DNA of 5,753 nucleotides, from positions 1 through 5,753 of the IMG/VR virus record IMGVR_UViG_3300045988_003325. The stretch is one strand, 5' to 3'. The stretch's first letter is position 1. Every line of letters starts with the position of its first letter. The notes under the pieces were generated by a model. That model did no database searches, was not told the origin of the DNA, and saw only the letters and a program-made list of their open reading frames with translations. Made by a program: the position numbers and the translations under genes. Origin of the DNA: a virus. Of the stretch, positions 1-5,120 are shown piece after piece.

Positions 1-662
1 ATTTTTTTTGTAACGTACCCTGCAACATATCTATATGTTTCTGGCACTGCTTGTGCTATCTGTATTTGACCCATGCCCCATATGTTTGCTAGCCATTTAC
101 TTGTGAAATATCCGTTGTGTTGTATCTTGTATAGTTGTTCTAGGTCTGTTGGTTGCCATCCATATAGTATCATATGATAATGTGGCCTAGCTGTCTGTTC
201 TCCGTACTCTCCTGCTACAAAATAGCGTAATTTGCCCCTATAAGCCTTTCTGAGCCTTTTTAAGAATTTTTGAACATCAGTATACAGCAAAGTTTGGACG
301 CTTTCAGGGCGCTTCTCTCCCGGTTTCCAGACGTATTGTACTTTTCGCATGATTTCGCCTGTTTTTACTATCATGCCTGGTACGTGATCGTCGTCATACG
401 TGAGTGTGATAAACCAAACTTCTTCTCTTGGATAATCTCGTGCTTCTAATTCTATACGTGTTGTCCAGTCCTCTCTTTGTCTTATTCTGCATCCGATGCA
501 TTGCCCGCATGGTATTAGCATGACATCTTTTCTAAACATCAAATCTTCATATTTGAGCTGTTTCCCGATTATTTTAGAAAAGCGGGCAAGTGAATACACC
601 CGCCCGCTTATGTTTTTATTTTCCGGGTTGTACAGCCTTATTAACGGCTTGTAACAACTCAT
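1..662 (-). CDS. VP4: Replication initiation protein VP4 (HUH rolling-circle endonuclease), N-terminal ~220 codons. The gene crosses the circular junction and continues at 5753->5297; in unit-genome coordinates it is 5297..5654 joined to 1..662, 339 aa.
   Basis: Minus-strand translation from ATG at 662..660 gives MSCYKPLIRLYNPENKNISGRVYSLARFSKIIGKQLKYEDLMFRKDVMLIPCGQCIGCRIRQREDW...FITLTYDDDHVPG...RYFVAGEYGEQTARPHYHMILYGW...NIWG. The frame then continues without a stop into the 143-aa track ORF MGQIQIAQAVPETYRYVAGYVTKK... CGQCIGCR, FITLTY (motif 1), PHYHMIL (HUH motif 2) and YVAGYVTKK (catalytic Tyr motif 3) are the hallmarks of Microviridae VP4/gene A proteins. SD AGGTGA lies ~9 nt upstream. 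The start codon overlaps the VP2 stop (ATGA). The ORF track missed it because it runs off the window edge. Confidence 0.9.
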   Translation of the reverse strand, partial: MSCYKPLIRLYNPENKNISGRVYSLARFSKIIGKQLKYEDLMFRKDVMLIPCGQCIGCRIRQREDWTTRIELEARDYPREEVWFITLTYDDDHVPGMIVKTGEIMRKVQYVWKPGEKRPESVQTLLYTDVQKFLKRLRKAYRGKLRYFVAGEYGEQTARPHYHMILYGWQPTDLEQLYKIQHNGYFTSKWLANIWGMGQIQIAQAVPETYRYVAGYVTKK

Positions 663-1552
663 CTTAGATAATCACCTGGCTTTCTCTTTTCTCCGTATGA
701 TCCTGTTTTGTCTTGCGGTTTCATTTCTCGGCTTTCTCCTGTTTTTGGCTTGTTTCTTCCAGCGCCGCCGGCCGCTCCTGGCACAGTGCTTTCTGTCTTT
801 TGCATTTGCCTGTAGGTTTTCAGCAAATCTTCTGTTAATTGTTTTGGGCTGCTATAGCTTCTGCTCATTTGGCTGCCTACGGCTTCTGCAAGCTGATACC
901 ATTGTGAATTGCTTTCTGACTTGCTGTAATAGCTTGTCGGCACGTTGCCATTCATCGTTGATACGCCTAGTGCGCTTGATGTTGGCATTCCCATGCTTGC
1001 GCCTGTAATTGTTGCTCCGGAGCCTCCCGGTGTGCTTGCTCCTCCGTTTGCAAATGCTAAGATAGGGTTTAACCCTGCTTTTCGCATATCTTCCACGGCG
1101 CGTTGATAGCTTGTATTGCTCATGCGTTCTTGGAAATTTCGGTTTGCTAGTGCTTCTGCACTGTTGTAACTCATTGCAGCATTTTGCTCGATGTGGTTGT
1201 AAATGCCCTGTTGGATTGCTCCTAACGTGTTATAGCCCATCTGCATTAACATGTTTTGACGGTTTGTTTTGCTCTGGAATGCGTTTTGCCCTCCTTGCCA
1301 GTTATAGAAGCGGTCTAGATACTTCATGATTTGTTCGTCGTTTGTGCCGCCTTCACTTGTTGACGAACTTGTGCCAGCGCCTTGGCTTTGGCTTTGATTC
1401 CATCCCTGGCTTTGGCTGTCTGACGTTTGCCCAAACTGACTTGCTAGTCCTTTTCCAGCTAGTGTTAACGCGCTTGTTATTACTTGTGGATTATTTGCAA
1501 ACCAGCTACCTACTGCTTTTCCGGCCGCTCCGATTGCTCCTAGTATTGACAT
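659..1552 (-). CDS. VP2: Minor capsid / DNA pilot protein VP2 (297 aa)
   Basis: ATG start at 1552. Gly/Ala-rich hydrophobic N-terminus (MSILGAIGAAGKAVGSWF...), a long Ser/Gln/Gly low-complexity linker, and the block NTSYQRAVEDMRKAGLNPILA, which matches the conserved YQR..D...AGLNP motif of gokushovirus VP2 pilot proteins (from memory). Sits immediately downstream of VP1, as in other Microviridae. Confidence 0.8.
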   Translation of the reverse strand: MSILGAIGAAGKAVGSWFANNPQVITSALTLAGKGLASQFGQTSDSQSQGWNQSQSQGAGTSSSTSEGGTNDEQIMKYLDRFYNWQGGQNAFQSKTNRQNMLMQMGYNTLGAIQQGIYNHIEQNAAMSYNSAEALANRNFQERMSNTSYQRAVEDMRKAGLNPILAFANGGASTPGGSGATITGASMGMPTSSALGVSTMNGNVPTSYYSKSESNSQWYQLAEAVGSQMSRSYSSPKQLTEDLLKTYRQMQKTESTVPGAAGGAGRNKPKTGESREMKPQDKTGSYGEKRKPGDYLR

Positions 1553-1590
1553 TTAAAAATAGCCCGGATTTCTCCGGGCTTCCTCCTTTC
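1553..1590 (-). terminator. Intergenic stem-loop between VP1 and VP2: 8-bp stem AGCCCGGA/UCCGGGCU with GAAA tetraloop, followed by AUUUUUAAAUG. Candidate leaky intrinsic terminator/attenuator and mRNA-stabilising hairpin.
   Basis: + strand 1561-1568 agcccgga and 1573-1580 tccgggct are exact reverse complements. On the minus-strand transcript the stem is followed by the U-run encoded by + 1555-1559. The only SD-like element (AAGGAGGA, + 1581-1588) lies 5' of the hairpin, ~30 nt from the VP2 ATG. Confidence 0.4.
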
Positions 1591-3237
1591 TTACAGCTTG
1601 TACAAGCCCGGTACGCTGTACAACGGCATCCGTCTTGTGGTTTTGTTTGCTACGCGGATAGCTCCGAAAAATTGCGGCTCATTCTGCACAACGAGTGTGC
1701 GTGCAATTTCGTTCTTGCCTTCTTCCATCCAGTCTTGCGATAGTGTCGGTGCGGTTGAATAATTGTCTGCGTAGTGCCAGAAATCTAACGTGCCTGTTGC
1801 GTTGCTTCGCATGAGGCCGCTTACCCGGTTTGGTTTCATTCGGTAGTCCGCCCAGGCCTCCTGATAGCCGAATGTTTCTTCGTCCGTTGCCGTGCCGGTC
1901 AACATGATTTCTTTTTTCTTTACGGGCTGTTCGCCTATATTTGCAAACTGCGGTACATAGTAGTCTAGTCTGTCTTCTCGACTCCAGAAACGTTCCAAGC
2001 CTTGCTGATAACTGCGATTGTGTCGCACACAACAGACACCAATTACAAATCCATGCTCTTCAAAAGATTTGGTAAAAGAGCTTTCGTTTATCGGCGTTAC
2101 TGACATTGCACCAGTTTCGCCCAGCGGTGACATATCGTTTGCCGCTGTCTGCACGATTTGGTTGATATTGACGTGATATCTGCCGCCGCCCAGGTATTCT
2201 GGAATCTGTATCGTTTTGTCGCTGATAGTTACATTCCACAGTGCTTGTACCTGTTCGCGGTATCTGCTGCCGCCTCGTGCGAGCGCTTCGTAGTACTGCT
2301 GTACTGCTACGGCTTTTCTTAAGTCGTTGATCGTTGCTGCGGTTACACTGCTAAGGTCTGCTTTTAGGAATGCTTCTGCGGTGTAGTTACCTCCTTCAAT
2401 TGTGCCTTTTCCTGTCAGTTTTCCCGCTTTTTCCGTGTTTGTAAAGTTCGTTGTGCCGTTTGCCGGCCACGGCTGGTTTAGGATTATTTTATCTGTTATT
2501 TTGGCGGTATCTTGGATGGTGTTATATCCAAATACCGGTGCATTACCTTCCATCGGCAGCGTTACTGCCGGCCCGCGCTGAGGATAAGGCAGACAGCTTG
2601 TGAAGTAGTCGTGAAATTTGTTTACAGGTAACAGGTTTCCGCCTTTGTACGCGTTGTTTTCTGCTTCTTGCACCCAATCTTCATTTCCAAATTCGTAGTC
2701 TACGTTTGCATCGTCTGTTTTTAACGTTGCTACGTTATCTACGTTTTCATCTCTGAAAAATTCATTCCAGATTTTTACATACGCTCTTATGGGTAGTGCG
2801 TTAATGCTAAATTCTTTTTTAATTTTGGTCGGCACTCCCATATAGTCCAGTATGGATCTTTCGTTTGGTTTTGGTGCTGCGTCCGTTCCTTTGATTTTGA
2901 TTTTCGGCACTGCGTATTCTTTTTTTGGCATCCATGGTGTTGCTTCTACTTCTCCCATGAAGTATTTGAAGTTGTCCCACAGAATTCTGTTAGGACAATA
3001 GAAATAGTAGAAGTCAATGAATGCATCGTCCATCACCGGGTATTTCGGTGTGCTCATTCGTATGATTGCTGCTGTATCCACGTTGAAGGTATCGCCCGGT
3101 AATACCTCGTCAACATAGAATGGAATCAGCTTGCCGGAATCGAACGTTGTTAAAACCGTCTGGTCTCGGTTGAACCGTGTTCGGCTCGCTTTCATTTCTG
3201 GGATTTGGTTGAAGTGCCGTTCGTTGTTTCGATTCAC
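1591..3237 (-). CDS. VP1: Major capsid protein VP1 (548 aa), gokushovirus-type; GTG start codon
   Basis: Translation MNRNNERHFNQIPEMKASRTRFNRDQTVLTTFDSGKLIPFYVDEVLPGDTFNVDT... matches the conserved N-terminal block of gokushovirus VP1 (..SRF......TFD.G.L.P.YVDEVLPGDTF..) and the size is typical (530-570 aa). The first codon is GTG (revcomp of 3235-3237). An in-frame TAA lies 6 codons upstream, so no ATG alternative exists. A perfect AGGAGG lies 7 nt upstream. Confidence 0.93.
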   Translation of the reverse strand: MNRNNERHFNQIPEMKASRTRFNRDQTVLTTFDSGKLIPFYVDEVLPGDTFNVDTAAIIRMSTPKYPVMDDAFIDFYYFYCPNRILWDNFKYFMGEVEATPWMPKKEYAVPKIKIKGTDAAPKPNERSILDYMGVPTKIKKEFSINALPIRAYVKIWNEFFRDENVDNVATLKTDDANVDYEFGNEDWVQEAENNAYKGGNLLPVNKFHDYFTSCLPYPQRGPAVTLPMEGNAPVFGYNTIQDTAKITDKIILNQPWPANGTTNFTNTEKAGKLTGKGTIEGGNYTAEAFLKADLSSVTAATINDLRKAVAVQQYYEALARGGSRYREQVQALWNVTISDKTIQIPEYLGGGRYHVNINQIVQTAANDMSPLGETGAMSVTPINESSFTKSFEEHGFVIGVCCVRHNRSYQQGLERFWSREDRLDYYVPQFANIGEQPVKKKEIMLTGTATDEETFGYQEAWADYRMKPNRVSGLMRSNATGTLDFWHYADNYSTAPTLSQDWMEEGKNEIARTLVVQNEPQFFGAIRVANKTTRRMPLYSVPGLYKL

Positions 3238-3656
3238 TCTTTTTCCTCCTTTTCTTTAGTTTTTGTTTCAGGTTCTTTTTCTACTTTTTCTTCTGCCTTT
3301 TCTTCTGCCTTTTTTTGCAGTTCTTCAAGCTTCATTGCGTTTGCTTGTGCGGTCGCAATCATGCGATGATACTCGTGAATGTTTTGCGGAAATTCGGTGA
3401 TATCCACTTCTGTTCCGTTTAGTGCTCCTTGTGACAGGCTTTTCATGAATTGCGGGTCAAAACTTGCCTTTCTGACAATGCTTTTGATGTCGCATTCGTC
3501 CGCATAGCTTTCAATTTCCTGTTGGATGTCGATTGGTTCGGTCTCTTGCAGCACTTCTTGCCCTTTTTCGTCTTTTGTCCAGACGTATTGTTTTTGAAAT
3601 TTTTCTCCTGATTTTGAAAAGAAGGGCTTTCGCCCTTCTTCATATCGTTTATTCAT
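3234..3656 (-). CDS. Hypothetical ~140-aa acidic protein with Lys/Glu-rich C-terminal tail; candidate internal scaffolding (VP3-like) protein. The track ORF extends to 3716 using a TTG.
   Basis: ATG at 3656..3654 preceded by GGGAGGG ~8 nt upstream; the longer 160-aa form starts at a TTG with no SD. The stop overlaps the VP1 GTG start (GTGA), implying translational coupling with the capsid gene. The C-terminus ELQKKAEEKAEEKVEKEPETKTKEKEEKE is encoded by a tandem nucleotide repeat (ttcttctgcctttt x2 at ~3290-3320). Size and position resemble Microviridae scaffolding proteins, but no motif was recognised. Confidence 0.55.
   Translation of the reverse strand: MNKRYEEGRKPFFSKSGEKFQKQYVWTKDEKGQEVLQETEPIDIQQEIESYADECDIKSIVRKASFDPQFMKSLSQGALNGTEVDITEFPQNIHEYHRMIATAQANAMKLEELQKKAEEKAEEKVEKEPETKTKEKEEKE
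3245..3250 (-). promoter_or_regulatory. Shine-Dalgarno AGGAGG for VP1 (7-nt spacer to GTG start)
   Basis: + strand cctcct at 3245-3250 reads AAAGGAGGAAAAAGA-GTG on the minus strand. Confidence 0.7.
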
Positions 3657-3888
3657 GCGGCTTACCCTCCCACACCTTTTCTGTGTCGTTCGTGAACGTG
3701 CCGAGCTCGTCTTCAAATACTGCTAGCTTGAAACCGGTGTAGTCCTGTGGACTCTGCCCAATGAAGGTCTTTTCGTCCTTTGCCATCACGTTGCACATGC
3801 GTGCAAAGGTTGCACTGTTCTTGCTCTCGCCTACCCATGCGTAGCACTTTGCTACACTGTCCCATACGCCAAAATATTCATGCTTCAT
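3649..3888 (-). CDS. Hypothetical protein, 79 aa, mildly acidic, Trp-rich; no recognisable family
   Basis: ATG at 3888 with AAGGAAAG ~10 nt upstream. The stop overlaps the next gene's start by 8 nt (CATGAATAA). Lies in a tightly packed same-strand gene array. Confidence 0.55.
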   Translation of the reverse strand: MKHEYFGVWDSVAKCYAWVGESKNSATFARMCNVMAKDEKTFIGQSPQDYTGFKLAVFEDELGTFTNDTEKVWEGKPHE

Positions 3889-3908
3889 GATATCTACTTT
3901 CCTTTCTT

Positions 3909-4031
3909 TTACAGCCGGATGCCACCGCGCATAGGCTTCTGGCTAAGGTTGATTGTTTTGGTTTTTCGTGCGGTTACGTTAAACATGCGGCGGTCTTTTG
4001 CGCCGTTCATCCTCTTACGATGTTGTGCCAT
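3909..4031 (-). CDS. Small basic DNA-binding protein (40 aa), analogue of the phiX174 J / gokushovirus ORF8-type DNA-condensing protein. Not in the supplied ORF track because it is too short.
   Basis: Manual minus-strand translation from ATG 4031..4029 to TAA 3911..3909 gives MAQHRKRMNGAKDRRMFNVTARKTKTINLSQKPMRGGIRL. About 12 of 40 residues are Arg/Lys. The C-terminal RGGIRL and overall pattern match my recollection of the Chlamydia-phage ORF8 small basic protein. Good SD AAGGGAG 8 nt upstream. Overlaps the end of the 74-aa gene by 17 nt. Confidence 0.65.
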   Translation of the reverse strand: MAQHRKRMNGAKDRRMFNVTARKTKTINLSQKPMRGGIRL

Positions 4032-4239
4032 TGGTATACTCCCTTCTTACAAGTTCCATTTCGATTGCGTTTGCAAAACTCTTCATTCTCCATATTTCGT
4101 CAAGCATTTTTTTTGCGTCTTCGACGTTAGATATTTTGCGAAGCATTTTGTATTCGCCATCGATTTCTTTGTATTTTCGAGTTAGCATCTCTTCAAGCGC
4201 TTCTTTGGTCTGGTCTCTTACGTTCCATGTTTTGTGCAT
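4015..4239 (-). CDS. Hypothetical protein, 74 aa, predicted all-helical and Lys/Glu-rich (possible coiled coil); VP5/C-like function is speculation only
   Basis: ATG at 4239 (the track's first M is a GTG one codon upstream). AAGGAG lies 9 nt upstream, and the preceding gene's TGA stop (4248..4246) lies just before that SD. No recognisable motif. Confidence 0.55.
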   Translation of the reverse strand: MHKTWNVRDQTKEALEEMLTRKYKEIDGEYKMLRKISNVEDAKKMLDEIWRMKSFANAIEMELVRREYTNGTTS

Positions 4240-4245
4240 CACGGT

Positions 4246-4368
4246 TCACTCCTTTTCTTTTTCGTTGATGCTATCGTGCAGCGCATGATAGATTTCGTCG
4301 AGTTTTTCCAGAATCTGCATCATGATGCGGATTGCCTGCTTGATGTCTTTAATGGAAATCAGTGCCAT
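4246..4368 (-). CDS. Hypothetical small amphipathic peptide (40 aa: MALISIKDIKQAIRIMMQILEKLDEIYHALHDSINEKEKE); the alternative 71-aa form starts at ATG 4461
   Basis: ATG at 4368 begins 1 nt after the peptidase TAA stop (TAAAATG) and is preceded by AGGGGG ~7 nt upstream. The longer form from 4461 has no SD and would overlap 92 nt of the peptidase gene in another frame. Confidence 0.45.
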   Translation of the reverse strand: MALISIKDIKQAIRIMMQILEKLDEIYHALHDSINEKEKE

Positions 4369-4369
4369 T

Positions 4370-4762
4370 TTATACCCCCTTTCTGTACTTGCTGGTTCGT
4401 ACATCAAAGTGCACCCAGCTTTTGTATACGATAATGCCGCATTCATCCGGGACGATTGCATTCAGTTCGTTGGCAATTTCTTTTGCACTCATTCCATTTA
4501 CTCGGATATCTGCTGCCATACCGCGCATATGATAGCTGTATTTTGCTCCCCCGCATTTTGTGTTCCACTCTGGTGTTCTGTATCCGCTGGTGATGATGAC
4601 CGGTTTTTCTAACTTATTTCGCAGGATGTCCAGAACACTATACAAGTAGTCGTCTATGAATACTACCGGACTGCCGTCTTTACATGCAAATTCTTTTACT
4701 TTGAAGTATTTTGCAAGCTTTACATTTCCGTCAGTTTCTACAATGTAGCTTTTAATGCTCAT
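4370..4762 (-). CDS. Peptidase M15 (M15A / Peptidase_M15_3, zinc D-Ala-D-Ala carboxypeptidase-fold cell-wall hydrolase); likely lysis enzyme. The maximal ORF extends to ATG 4867 (165 aa).
   Basis: ITSGYRTPEWNTKCGGAKYSYHMRGMAADIRVNG...SWVHFDVR contains the family signature SGYR..N...GG..S.H..G.A.D plus VHxD (the His/Asp/His zinc ligands). The internal ATG at 4762 has GAGGAAA 7 nt upstream and gives a 130-aa product of typical domain size. The upstream ATG at 4867 has no SD and adds a Lys-rich 35-aa extension. No signal peptide. Confidence 0.8.
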   Translation of the reverse strand: MSIKSYIVETDGNVKLAKYFKVKEFACKDGSPVVFIDDYLYSVLDILRNKLEKPVIITSGYRTPEWNTKCGGAKYSYHMRGMAADIRVNGMSAKEIANELNAIVPDECGIIVYKSWVHFDVRTSKYRKGV

Positions 4763-4904
4763 GGCTGTTTCCTCGCTTTCTGTTTTGATTGTATCATCTT
4801 TTTTGTCGCTTGTCAATTGTTTTTTTGGCTTGAATGGCGCTTTAGCGCCTTGCCGTGCGTAGCGCATGCGGAGCTCGGCTTAATCCATTCCTTTTTAGCG
4901 CTGT

Positions 4905-5025
4905 GCGCGTTTTTAACACTTTCAACATTTTCAACAGCTTTTCAACAAAATATTGCACAATGATTTTCGTCATTTTGACGAACATTCAACATTTTAACAT
5001 TTTTTCAACAAATCTTTCAACATTG
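4905..5025. repeat. Iteron-like direct repeats: six perfect TTCAACA copies (4921, 4930, 4941, 4985, 5004, 5016) plus degenerate TTAACA copies, all in one orientation, 9-12 bp apart, in two clusters of three
   Basis: Read directly from the sequence. Each copy is preceded by a T-tract, giving ~10.5-bp phasing. The extended unit TTTTCAACA is 8/9 identical to the DnaA-box consensus TTATCCACA. Confidence 0.6.
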
Positions 5026-5120
5026 TTTTTTGTTATTTATTTACGCTTTAACGTTAAATTTTAGTACTTATCAACTTTTCCACATTGCCTACTACTACGT
5101 CTACAACAAGTTAATATTAT

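Noticed and set aside
697-1743. Plus-strand ORFs 697-1008, 1111-1329, 1342-1743 (Phe/Leu/Cys-rich, apparently hydrophobic)
   Set aside because: They are antisense to the well-supported VP2 and VP1 genes. The + strand is T-rich because the coding strand is A-rich, which generates spurious F/L/C-rich frames. No SDs.
1679-2032. Arg-rich 117-aa minus-strand ORF embedded in VP1 in another frame
   Set aside because: Microviridae do have overlapping genes, but this one starts only at a TTG with no SD and contains no internal Met. Its Arg-rich composition is what the +1 frame of a GC-balanced capsid gene produces. Low-probability overlapping gene.
3443-3643. 66-aa minus-strand ORF inside the ~140-aa gene (alternate frame)
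   Set aside because: Fully nested, no SD, and K/N-rich low-complexity product typical of an off-frame read of a Lys/Glu-rich coding region.
3657-3716. N-terminal extension of the 160-aa track ORF (MKTSSARSRTTQKRCGRVSR)
   Set aside because: Starts at TTG with no SD and overlaps the upstream 79-aa gene by 68 nt. The ATG at 3656 with GGGAGGG upstream is a far better start.
3533-4612. Plus-strand ORFs 3533-3742, 3880-4185, 3998-4288, 4234-4434, 4322-4612
   Set aside because: Antisense to the tightly packed, SD-equipped minus-strand gene array. Same composition artefact. The hydrophobic look is not evidence of a holin.
4763-4867. 35-aa Lys-rich N-terminal extension of the peptidase (start at ATG 4867)
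   Set aside because: Not firmly rejected. It has no SD, whereas the internal ATG at 4762 has GAGGAAA, so I annotate the shorter form and flag the longer one.
4855-5064. Plus-strand 69-aa ORF spanning the TTCAACA repeats (MRSACGARLNPF...FNTFNIFNSFSTKYC...)
   Set aside because: The reading frame is produced by the direct repeats themselves. Its ATG sits inside the GCGCATGCG palindrome with no SD. More parsimonious as non-coding regulatory DNA.
4868-5120. A specific sigma70-type promoter call for the minus-strand operon (for example TTGATA-17 nt-TTAAAG near 5060-5090, or TATAAT at revcomp 5116-5121)
   Set aside because: Several partial -35/-10 matches exist, but none has good matches in both hexamers at correct spacing. 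I cannot choose one by eye, so this is left as a region-level call.
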